From a virus (taxonomy: Duplodnaviria > Caudoviricetes): 41,810 nt of DNA. Positions 34,109 through 41,810 of this stretch are shown in pieces (position 1 is the first letter of the stretch; each line of letters opens with the position of its first letter). The position numbers and the translations under genes are program-made. The stretch is taken from positions 1 to 41,810 of the IMG/VR virus record IMGVR_UViG_3300011441_000003; one strand, written 5' to 3'. Under the pieces are notes generated by a model, which saw only the letters and a program-made list of their open reading frames with translations, had not been told where the DNA came from and did no database searches.

Positions 34109-35133
34109 GTAAAGGATCTCCTCCAGAAGCTCCGAACTATACGGCTGCTGCTCAGCAGCAAGGCCAAGATGCTCAGAATCTCAATGCTCAGCAGACTTGG
34201 GCTAATCGTCCCAATCAGTATGGACCTTGGGGGTCTCAGGTTTGGGATGCCAGTCAGTCAATTGACCCCGCCACTGGACAACCAATTACTCAGTGGAATC
34301 AGCAAACGCAACTTACTCCAGAACTTCAGAATGCCCTGAATAGTCAGATAGGGCTTCAGACTGGACGTTCTGACCTCGCGGGTGGAATGTTAAACCGTGT
34401 TGGGCAGGACTTTAGCCAACCTTTTGATTGGGCGAACTTACCTCAATCTGCTCGTGCTCCTGGTACGTACCAGATGCAAAGTAATTTGGACCCCACTACT
34501 CAAAGTACGAATGAGGCTGGATTTTCTGCTGATCGTGAGCGCTATACGCAGGGGGCGTTCGATCAGATGCGCCCTGAGCACCAGTTTCAGGAAGAGGCCG
34601 CGCGTACGAGACTGGCTAATCAAGGTTTAACTCCTGGGAGTGAGGGGTACAATCGGGAACTTCAGAGGTTAGGACAGAGTCAGGCAGGCGAGCGTTGGAA
34701 TGCTGTAAATCAGGGAGGAGTCGAGCAACAGCGGATGCAGCAGATGCTCCTCGGACAGCAACAGCAGGCTTTTGGACAGCAGCAGGCGGGAGGACAATTT
34801 TACAATCAAGCTGCGGGGCAGCAGTTCGGGCAGGATCTTCAGCAATTCAATGCTCAAGCGCAGTCTCGCCAGCAAGCGATCGCAGAACAAGCACAACAAC
34901 GCGGAATGTCGCTCAATGAGATGAATGCTCTTCTCAGTGGGCAGCAAGTTTCAGGACCACAAATGCCCGGATTCACTAGTGCTCAAGGAGCTCAACCTAC
35001 GAATTATCTCCAAGCTGCGGGGATGCAGGGTAATGCGGCGATGCAGCAATGGCAGGCTCAGGCGCAACAGCAGCAGGCGATGTATGGAGGATTAGGTATG
35101 CTCGGTAGCGCAGCTATGATGGCTTTCCTATGA
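34105..35133 (+). CDS. Gln-rich DNA ejection (pilot) protein
   Basis: MSKGSPPEAPNY..AA...NRPNQ..PWG; LANQGL.PGSE. Confidence 0.75.
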   Translation: MSKGSPPEAPNYTAAAQQQGQDAQNLNAQQTWANRPNQYGPWGSQVWDASQSIDPATGQPITQWNQQTQLTPELQNALNSQIGLQTGRSDLAGGMLNRVGQDFSQPFDWANLPQSARAPGTYQMQSNLDPTTQSTNEAGFSADRERYTQGAFDQMRPEHQFQEEAARTRLANQGLTPGSEGYNRELQRLGQSQAGERWNAVNQGGVEQQRMQQMLLGQQQQAFGQQQAGGQFYNQAAGQQFGQDLQQFNAQAQSRQQAIAEQAQQRGMSLNEMNALLSGQQVSGPQMPGFTSAQGAQPTNYLQAAGMQGNAAMQQWQAQAQQQQAMYGGLGMLGSAAMMAFL

Positions 35134-35480
35134 CCGAAGAACAGATTCGTGCTCAGTATCCGGGAATTTCGGACGATTTAGTTCGTCAAATTCTCGCTCT
35201 TGGTGCGGGGGATCCTTCACACTATGCGAAGCAGTATGAGCAAGGAGCGTACCTCCGTCGTATGGCTACTCAGGGGGAAGCTAAAACTGCGGCTGGAGCT
35301 GTGGCGCAGACTTTGGCAGGCGCAACCGTCGCTAGAAACGATAGGGAGTATGCTAATCTTGTGCGCGGATACCAAGGGGCTTCGACTAGGGCGAAGAAGA
35401 ATTGGTGGAGTGCGAAATACCCAAGGCCAATGACCATGCCAAATCCGGATGAGCCTGAAGAGCTTGGCGGAGGGTATTAG
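35130..35480 (+). CDS. Hypothetical internal virion protein (116 aa)
   Basis: Coupled within the ejection cluster. Confidence 0.65.
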   Translation: MTEEQIRAQYPGISDDLVRQILALGAGDPSHYAKQYEQGAYLRRMATQGEAKTAAGAVAQTLAGATVARNDREYANLVRGYQGASTRAKKNWWSAKYPRPMTMPNPDEPEELGGGY

Positions 35481-36505
35481 TGGCTGAAACTCCATACGCC
35501 GCTAAAATTCTTCAACTTTCTGCAGAGCTTGCAGCTTTGCAGAATGAAGACACGCCTCCTATGTTTAGTGAGGAGGAGATTGCGCGCCGAAAAGCGAAGC
35601 AACTTAAAGACGAACAACTCGCGGTTCTGGCGAAACTCTCAGGAAATAAAGAGCTGATGACTGTAGGCTCTACTCTCCTGCCAAATGCGTTGAAGGCTGC
35701 GGATGTACGCTATACTGAGCATGGAGAATTTGACCCCCTGAGTGGGCGTCACAGCATCTTCCCTGAATACACTAAGCGCGTGAAGGAGGAGAGACTTAGT
35801 CGGCAACTTCAGGGATTTGAGCTGCGTGATCAGGCGGCGCAGAATATGGCCCCATATCGGCAAGCGACCTCTGATTTGCAGAGTGAACGTCAAAGGTTAG
35901 TGGAGGCTCAACGTCTCCTGGCTGAGCAGAAACTTCTGGATGCTCAACGTAAAGCAAGTGAGGGTAAGACCCTCACAGGGCAGGTCTATAAAGATATGAA
36001 GAAGCTAGGGGATGACGCTCAGAATCTTGACAAGGTGAAATCTAACTTTGAGAAGAATTTCCTAGCTGAAACGTCCAGAGGAGTGAGCGGTCTTGGTACT
36101 GTGCAGGACACCCTTGCCGCAGCAGTTCCAGGTTTAGCCCCCGATCAATGGGTTAAGAATCGGGCAGCGTGGGCCGATCTTCAACGCCTTAAGGAAATGA
36201 AGGCTCGATATGAACTCTTTGGAGCTACGCTAACTGGAAATGAAAAGACTTCGTGGCAATCAGTCACCCCGCCACGCGGAGGCACTAAAGAGCAATTACA
36301 AGGGTGGATTGATGAGCAAGATGCGCTTCTTCGCGCGGCGATTAAGAAAAGCGCAGACGCCGCTGCCGCTGGAGGTTGGAATAAGAAGCAGATTGAGGAA
36401 TACACCAATGGAGTATGGAAGGCGTCGGGTGATGGAGAGCTAACTCCTAAAGAGCAGCAGGAGTTGGAAGAACTTAGAGCGAGGTTCCCAAGTGGCAGAC
36501 CGTGA
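35480..36505 (+). CDS. Probable DNA ejection protein (341 aa)
   Basis: Helical; RYELFGATLT.NE motif; position. Confidence 0.7.
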   Translation: MAETPYAAKILQLSAELAALQNEDTPPMFSEEEIARRKAKQLKDEQLAVLAKLSGNKELMTVGSTLLPNALKAADVRYTEHGEFDPLSGRHSIFPEYTKRVKEERLSRQLQGFELRDQAAQNMAPYRQATSDLQSERQRLVEAQRLLAEQKLLDAQRKASEGKTLTGQVYKDMKKLGDDAQNLDKVKSNFEKNFLAETSRGVSGLGTVQDTLAAAVPGLAPDQWVKNRAAWADLQRLKEMKARYELFGATLTGNEKTSWQSVTPPRGGTKEQLQGWIDEQDALLRAAIKKSADAAAAGGWNKKQIEEYTNGVWKASGDGELTPKEQQELEELRARFPSGRP

Positions 36506-38183
36506 AGAACTAGAGGCACTTCGCCGCCTTGCTGAGCTGGAGGCAAGGTCACAAAGCGTTGTGACCACCCCACAGGGTGGGCAAGGGGGTAGCCCCAACC
36601 CTAGTCCTCAAATGCAACCTGACGCGTCTGGACAAGTCGTACCCTATCAAACGGGTGCGCTTGGCAATACGCTGGCGCAAATGGGGGAAGAGGCTGGCCC
36701 CCTCGGTAAATTCGGTCTGGGGCTTGCTCAATCTGGAGCTCGTACTTCCAGAGCTTTAGGCATTCCGCAGGCACTTCGGGCTTTAGGAGTAGATTTAGAC
36801 CCTCAAGGTGACGAAGCTCTAGACGAAGTAGCGAAGGGCACAGGCTGGCAGGGTACTGTCGGGGACCTTGCAGGAACTACTGTTCAAGCTCTAGGTGGCG
36901 GAGCTGCTGGAGCTAAAATGCTCCCCACTGCGTACTCTAAGCTGGCAGCGACGTACCCCAGAATTGCGGCGTACTTAGGCGGAGCAGGGGGAGCGGCAGC
37001 TACGACCGCAGCTATGACTCCAGGTGGTCTAGAAGAGCGTGGAACTGAAGCAGCGAAGTCTGCCGCGCTCTCTCTTCCACTAACTGCCGCTCTACGCACA
37101 ATAGCGAAGCCTGTACAGATGAGTGTAGCAGGGCAGAACCTCAAGGCGGCGACTGGAGAAATGCCGCCGCTTCACGTCGGTGCAGAATCTAAGCTCATTC
37201 GTGATTTAGGCGACGTAATGACAGATATTCCAGGGCTCGGAGCTCCTCTTGTAGCTGGAGAAAAGAGAGTTATGAGTGCTGGAATGCGACAACTTTGGGG
37301 GCAAGCTACTCCTCCTGGGCAGCCTAATCTCTTAACACCGGGCGGGAAAATAGAGCGCGGCCCGCTCTTTGAGGAACTGAAGAAGCAGTTTGATAGTACG
37401 TACACCACGTTACTCAAAGGACACCGTATTCCCACTACGAGTGCAGATCGTCAGAGAATTACGAAAATCATTGATCGAAGTCTTGTTCCTGAGGACGCCG
37501 CCCAACTCCATAAGATTATGGATAAGTACTTCCCAAAGGGGAATTACATGGGAGGAAAGACATGGAAGGAACTTCAGGAGGTAGTGAGGTCAGAAGCGGC
37601 TAGTTTCTCGGGTTCTCAGGGTGCGGTGGAGAAGCGAATGGGGGCTGTACTCGATGAAATTGACGAACACCTTATAAAGATGCGAAATCGTGGGGTTCCT
37701 CGCGATGTGGCTCAGAAACTGGATGCCACTGATGGGGCTTACTCAGTTCGTAAACTCTTAGAGAAGGCGGTTGGAGGAGCTAAAGGCTTCGAGGGCCTTG
37801 ATCCCGCGAAACTCGCTTCAGCGCTCTCCGCTCGTACTTCTGAAGCTGCGCTCGCTCGTGGGCATGGTACAGGGCAGACGCTTGTAGATTCTATGGCGGC
37901 TGCGCTAGTGAACTTAAACCCAAGAAATACAGGACAGGCTCTTTGGGGGCTTCGCCGTCTTATTGCTCCGACTGTAGCTTCTGGAATAGCTCTTGGAACT
38001 CCGGGTGCGGCGCTGCCAGCAGCAACACTTGGAGCAATGAACTTTGCAGGGGCAGGTCCTCGTGGAGCCAAGGCTATGTTCGGTGAGTATGAACTGCAAC
38101 GTAAGCTCGCAGAATTGATGAGAGAGTATCCATCCGCTATCCCTGCGCTCTCAGCAGGGTTAGAAGTTCAAGGACAGGAGTAG
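36492..38183 (+). CDS. Probable DNA ejection protein (563 aa)
   Basis: Gly/Ala-rich hydrophobic segments; position before the fibre. Confidence 0.7.
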   Translation: MADREELEALRRLAELEARSQSVVTTPQGGQGGSPNPSPQMQPDASGQVVPYQTGALGNTLAQMGEEAGPLGKFGLGLAQSGARTSRALGIPQALRALGVDLDPQGDEALDEVAKGTGWQGTVGDLAGTTVQALGGGAAGAKMLPTAYSKLAATYPRIAAYLGGAGGAAATTAAMTPGGLEERGTEAAKSAALSLPLTAALRTIAKPVQMSVAGQNLKAATGEMPPLHVGAESKLIRDLGDVMTDIPGLGAPLVAGEKRVMSAGMRQLWGQATPPGQPNLLTPGGKIERGPLFEELKKQFDSTYTTLLKGHRIPTTSADRQRITKIIDRSLVPEDAAQLHKIMDKYFPKGNYMGGKTWKELQEVVRSEAASFSGSQGAVEKRMGAVLDEIDEHLIKMRNRGVPRDVAQKLDATDGAYSVRKLLEKAVGGAKGFEGLDPAKLASALSARTSEAALARGHGTGQTLVDSMAAALVNLNPRNTGQALWGLRRLIAPTVASGIALGTPGAALPAATLGAMNFAGAGPRGAKAMFGEYELQRKLAELMREYPSAIPALSAGLEVQGQE

Positions 38184-38186
38184 AAA

Positions 38187-39824
38187 ATGCCGCGTAGTGT
38201 ATCAGGAGTCTATACTCTCCCGAATGCTCCAGTAGTGACCAACACTACTATAGCGAGCACGGATGAAAATACAACCCGAAGTGATATGGCTTCGGAGATC
38301 ACTAATTCCCTTGATCGTAGTGGTCGTGGAGGAATGCTTGCGCCACTTCAGTTAGTGGACGGCACTCCGTCACTTCCTGGCCTCACCTTCAGTTCTGACG
38401 TCAATACGGGAATGTACCGTATTACTGCTGACACTATTGGCTTTGCCGTCGGAGGGGTGCTCGCGCTTACGATCGCCACTACTGGATTAACGATTGCAGC
38501 AGGGCTGAGCCTTAGCTCTCCAATCCTAACTGCTACGACTGAAGTTAGAACTCCAATTGTAGATTCAGTTTCTGGTACTTTAATTCTCAAGGGTGCGACA
38601 GTAACAGCAGTTACGATTACCGGGGCGAGTGTAGCTCTTGCTGGGAACCTTCTCTTCAACACTGCGGTTGCGAAGATACTTCCGGGGGCTACCTCTATAT
38701 CGCACCGTAACTTCGCAGATTCTGCCGACAATCTTCTAATCGCCGATTCTGGGGCAGTCACAGTACGCACGACGCTCACTGCTGTGACGAGCGTGGTGAC
38801 GCCGCTCGTTTCGTCCTCTGGAGACCTGTCCCTTTCTGCCTCGGGGAACAACACAGTCTTGATCCAGACCAACTCCGTGGAACGGGCGCGCATCAACGTC
38901 CTCGGGATCATCCCTTCCGTTGATATTACTGGTTCTCTTGGAAGCGCGACTGCTCGATGGGCATCTGTCTTCACCCCAATCATCGACTCCGGCTCGACCG
39001 GCGCGCTCTCATTCAAGACGAACGACGGACAGCAGCAGGTACGAATATTACACGTTGCGACTGCCGCTACTTTCGTAGATATGTTTGGTGGGACTGCCGG
39101 ATCACCGGCGAATATAGGTGCATCTGGCGAGACAAACACTCCGCTAAACATCTTTTCCACCGGCACTGGGACTATTAGTTTACTTACTGGTGGCGGGGTG
39201 CAGGCTCAGTTTCTCCACACTGCCTCTGCCACTCGCAATATCACCATCACCGGCGCTGTAGCGGGCGGAAATCCAGTTCTTAACACCACGGCGGGGTTAC
39301 TCCAAATTACCCCTGCCGTGGTATTCGCAACGGGGGTGGCGGTTGGAACGAGTGGGAATGGAGCTCTGATTGGCGGGGTACTATCCGTTAACACCGCCGC
39401 AGTTGGCAATGTAGGCTCGGGGGAGGATAACCTAATGACCTACACCCTCTTGGCTAACAGCCTCAACACAGTCGGGAGTGGGGTGAAGGTTACAGCTTGG
39501 GGGCTTACGACATCTAACGCAAATGCTAAGACGCTTAAGATTTATTTCGGTTCGGTAATTCAGTCCGTTGCGCTCACCGCTTCCATTGCGGGGGCGTGGC
39601 GGATAGAGATGTTAGTGTCTAGAATTGATGGATCAAACCAGGGATTCAAAGTCATCATCACCGAGACGGTGAACGCAGCGGCGCTGGCAACCCCAAAGAT
39701 AACCCAGAATGTTGACGACGCTACTGAAACTCTTGCAGCGAATCTCACCATTAAAGTCACAGGGGAGGCCACGACGAATAATGATATTATACAGGAAGGC
39801 ATGCTCGTGGAGTACTTTGAATGA
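38187..39824 (+). CDS. Tail fibre / receptor-binding protein
   Basis: N-terminal MPR..SG.YTLP anchor, PGLTF.SD.NTG.YR, SLGSATARW, Thr/Gly-rich shaft, jelly-roll-like tip. Confidence 0.88.
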   Translation: MPRSVSGVYTLPNAPVVTNTTIASTDENTTRSDMASEITNSLDRSGRGGMLAPLQLVDGTPSLPGLTFSSDVNTGMYRITADTIGFAVGGVLALTIATTGLTIAAGLSLSSPILTATTEVRTPIVDSVSGTLILKGATVTAVTITGASVALAGNLLFNTAVAKILPGATSISHRNFADSADNLLIADSGAVTVRTTLTAVTSVVTPLVSSSGDLSLSASGNNTVLIQTNSVERARINVLGIIPSVDITGSLGSATARWASVFTPIIDSGSTGALSFKTNDGQQQVRILHVATAATFVDMFGGTAGSPANIGASGETNTPLNIFSTGTGTISLLTGGGVQAQFLHTASATRNITITGAVAGGNPVLNTTAGLLQITPAVVFATGVAVGTSGNGALIGGVLSVNTAAVGNVGSGEDNLMTYTLLANSLNTVGSGVKVTAWGLTTSNANAKTLKIYFGSVIQSVALTASIAGAWRIEMLVSRIDGSNQGFKVIITETVNAAALATPKITQNVDDATETLAANLTIKVTGEATTNNDIIQEGMLVEYFE

Positions 39825-40093
39825 ATGGCGCTCTAGCTCCGTTTCTTTACTGGCTGCTTTCATTCGCGGCTACCGCGATAGCTTCACTTTCTACTGCTTT
39901 GGTTCTTGCCCATATAAAACTCGACGATGAACGAGCGAGGCTTGCCATAAAGTCAGGGGATGAATTCAGGGCGGAGATGAAAGAAGAACTCAAAGCTCTG
40001 GGGGAGAGGCTTCACAAGTACGGAAACAAGGTGAATGATATTGCAACGCGTCTGCGTTGGCAGGATGAGGATAAAGCGAAACGAGGAGAATAA
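39821..40093 (+). CDS. Membrane-anchored coiled-coil protein (lysis region)
   Basis: N-terminal transmembrane segment followed by a charged coiled coil. Confidence 0.7.
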   Translation: MNGALAPFLYWLLSFAATAIASLSTALVLAHIKLDDERARLAIKSGDEFRAEMKEELKALGERLHKYGNKVNDIATRLRWQDEDKAKRGE

Positions 40094-40097
40094 GAAC

Positions 40098-40607
40098 ATG
40101 GTATTTGATTGGAAAGCCCTTGTCGGAACAGTAGCACCAACTCTCGCGACAGCTCTCGGTGGCCCACTCGCGGGCATGGCGGTCAGCGCAATCGGCTCGG
40201 CCCTTGGGCTCGACGAGAACGCTTCGGAGGCTCAAGTCTCTGCGGCCCTCGCGACTTCCAAGCCAGAGATGCTGGTTGCGCTCCGTCAGGCGGATCAAGA
40301 GTTTAAGAAGCACATGGCGGACGTGGGGGTGAAGCTGGAGGAGATCGTCACGAAGGACCGTGACTCCGCGCGCCAGATGCAGGTCGCCACGAAGGCCCGA
40401 ACGCCCGCAATCCTCTCGTGGATGGTTGTCATTCTTACAGGGACACTCTACAGCTACATGATAATGGGGGACTACGAGAAACTCTCAGTAGACTCCTTGA
40501 TCCTCGGTCGCATCCTTGGAACCCTCGACATGGCGTTCGGGGTGGTTCTCGCATACTGGCTCGGTGCGGCGTATCGTGAGCCCGCGAACCGAACCCCGAC
40601 GCCATGA
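40098..40607 (+). CDS. Holin-like membrane protein
   Basis: VAPTLATALGGPLAG...DRDSAR...two C-terminal TM segments, AYWLG; start moved to ATG 40098. Confidence 0.75.
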   Translation: MVFDWKALVGTVAPTLATALGGPLAGMAVSAIGSALGLDENASEAQVSAALATSKPEMLVALRQADQEFKKHMADVGVKLEEIVTKDRDSARQMQVATKARTPAILSWMVVILTGTLYSYMIMGDYEKLSVDSLILGRILGTLDMAFGVVLAYWLGAAYREPANRTPTP

Positions 40608-41038
40608 GCCTCGAACTCAAGACCGTAGCTGTCAGGCCCGACGGAGCGTTCTCGGTTCTCCTATGGAACGGTCGGCCCTTTGCTATCTCCGTCGAAAGGA
40701 CTTTTGAGGATGGACAGCCAATCATAGGGAATGGAGTCTTGGAGTGCCGCCGCGATTTCTATCACAAAGGCGGCTACGAGACGTTCGAGATCATAGTGCC
40801 CGGACACGATCGCGTGCTCTTTCACAAGGGCGCGATCGAGGACCACAGCCTCGCCTGCGTGGTCTTAGGGGAGTCCTTCGGCGGGCTCAATCAACTAACA
40901 AAGGCGTACAGCGGGCAGGCTCTCGACCCAACCGACCAAACTGCCGTTCTGGGAAGCTCGTCCGCATTCGAGGAATTCATGAAGCTCACCGCTGGCTTGT
41001 CAAGCCTCAATATGACCGTAACCGGGAGATGGAGATGA
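40604..41038 (+). CDS. DUF5675-like (L,D-transpeptidase-like) putative endolysin
   Basis: SVER...VPGHDRVLFHKG....HSLACVVLG...S..AF. Confidence 0.75.
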   Translation: MSLELKTVAVRPDGAFSVLLWNGRPFAISVERTFEDGQPIIGNGVLECRRDFYHKGGYETFEIIVPGHDRVLFHKGAIEDHSLACVVLGESFGGLNQLTKAYSGQALDPTDQTAVLGSSSAFEEFMKLTAGLSSLNMTVTGRWR

Positions 41039-41226
41039 AACTTCTTACCAAGGTTGCCCTGCTGATGTTAGTGTATAGCTTCGCCCAAGCGCACCATCCA
41101 GTTCCGCCTCCGCCTCCGCCTCCGCCTCCGCCACCAGCAGTCGTGGCCGCGCCTGCGTGGGTGTTTTGGTTCGGGGCGCTCGGAATCCTGTATCCTGTCT
41201 ACTGCCACTCCCAAGGGAAATGCTGA
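41035..41226 (+). CDS. Small exported poly-Pro protein (63 aa)
   Basis: Signal peptide ending AQA, 11 consecutive Pro, hydrophobic C-terminal segment; ATGA overlap. Confidence 0.65.
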   Translation: MKLLTKVALLMLVYSFAQAHHPVPPPPPPPPPPPAVVAAPAWVFWFGALGILYPVYCHSQGKC

Positions 41227-41501
41227 GGCGAACTAGAATCATCGGAATAGTCCTTCTGCTGTCTAGCTGCGCGAGCTACTGGACATGCGATGGACCGGAT
41301 CTCTCAGCCCATACGATTGGGCCGATCATTCTTACCCCGCAAGGGACGGAACGAAAGTGTGGGCCGACGCCTCCGGGTTGGATTACGCACGGCTGCACGG
41401 ACTGTACGGCGCAACAGTGTGTTATTTATCTCTCTGAGAACGCCCCCCGATGGGGGAAGGAGCACGAATGGAAGCACGCGAAAGGATGTAATCACCAATG
41501 A
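41220..41501 (+). CDS. Small lipoprotein with HExxHxxGxxH motif (93 aa)
   Basis: MLRRTRIIGIVLLLSSC lipobox; C-terminal HEWKHAKGCNH. Confidence 0.75.
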   Translation: MLRRTRIIGIVLLLSSCASYWTCDGPDLSAHTIGPIILTPQGTERKCGPTPPGWITHGCTDCTAQQCVIYLSENAPRWGKEHEWKHAKGCNHQ

Positions 41502-41810
41502 ACCCCCTTAAGCTATTCCTTAATCTCGTACTGGCGTTTCTTTTCGCAGCGCTCGTTGTGGCGATGGCGCTTTGTGTAATCGTCTTAATCGCCAAGCCCG
41601 TTCATGGTGCAGAGAATTCACCGTGGACGCGTGACGGCAACATCCGCCAAGGTCTTGTCATTGGTTTGTTTCTTGTGGACTGGAGGCAGACGCAGCACAT
41701 CGTCAAGAATCCTGGGCACTATAAGGAGGAAAATATCTTCCTAGGCGACCATCCGTCCATGCGGAGGTTGAACATTTATTGGACGACGTTGATTCCGCTG
41801 CATACGTGGG
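41498..41810 (+). CDS. Membrane/exported hypothetical protein, 5' part; continues across the junction to 278 (about 155 aa in total)
   Basis: ATG at 41498 overlaps the upstream TGA; hydrophobic N-terminus MNPLKLFLNLVLAFLFAALVVAMALCVIVLIA; in frame with ORF 72..278. Confidence 0.8.
   Translation, partial: MNPLKLFLNLVLAFLFAALVVAMALCVIVLIAKPVHGAENSPWTRDGNIRQGLVIGLFLVDWRQTQHIVKNPGHYKEENIFLGDHPSMRRLNIYWTTLIPLHTW
41688..41810 (+). repeat. Terminal direct repeat, copy 2
   Basis: Identical to 1-123 and lies inside an ORF. Confidence 0.95.

Larger units (their letters stand above)
1..41810. mobile_element. Complete circularly permuted tailed-phage genome (podovirus-like, about 41,687 bp unique)
   Basis: Terminase, portal, capsid, short-tail and ejection genes, PolA replication module and lysis genes all present; 123-bp end overlap; no tape-measure or integrase gene recognised. 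Confidence 0.95.

Noticed and set aside
38348-39166. Long antisense ORFs (here, and at 28216..28830, 30320..31000, 17380..17958)
   Set aside because: Shadows of well-supported genes on the opposite strand; no RBS or recognisable motifs.

Overview
The window is an apparently complete, circularly permuted genome of about 41.7 kb from a tailed dsDNA phage. Bases 1-123 are identical to 41688-41810, and one ORF reads through that junction. It looks podovirus-like and lytic: I recognise no integrase, repressor, RNA polymerase or tape-measure gene, and the promoters are sigma70-type, so the host is probably Gram-negative. The leftward arm (15.0 kb to 0.55 kb) carries small early/anti-defence genes (33-bp-repeat protein, DUF932, Lar-like, RyR-domain, a repeat-bordered mini-gene array), then replication genes (SSB-like, PolA, Cas4-like nuclease, VRR-NUC, SNF2 helicase), a thymine-hypermodification cassette and a DNA ligase. 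The rightward arm carries a primase-helicase, an iteron origin, terminase, portal, head genes, short-tail and ejection genes, tail fibre and lysis genes. The best candidate for an undescribed system is the cassette of dUMP hydroxymethylase, aGPT-Pplase1-family protein, TAGT/JGT-like glycosyltransferase and DUF3310, with no TET/JBP and no recognisable P-loop hmU kinase; it suggests a sugar-modified hydroxymethyluracil (base-J-like) pathway. Next are the cassette array whose genes share identical ends around unrelated cores, two co-regulated 115-aa distant paralogues, and two structured intergenic RNA candidates. All family calls come from motif recognition by eye, not database searches.
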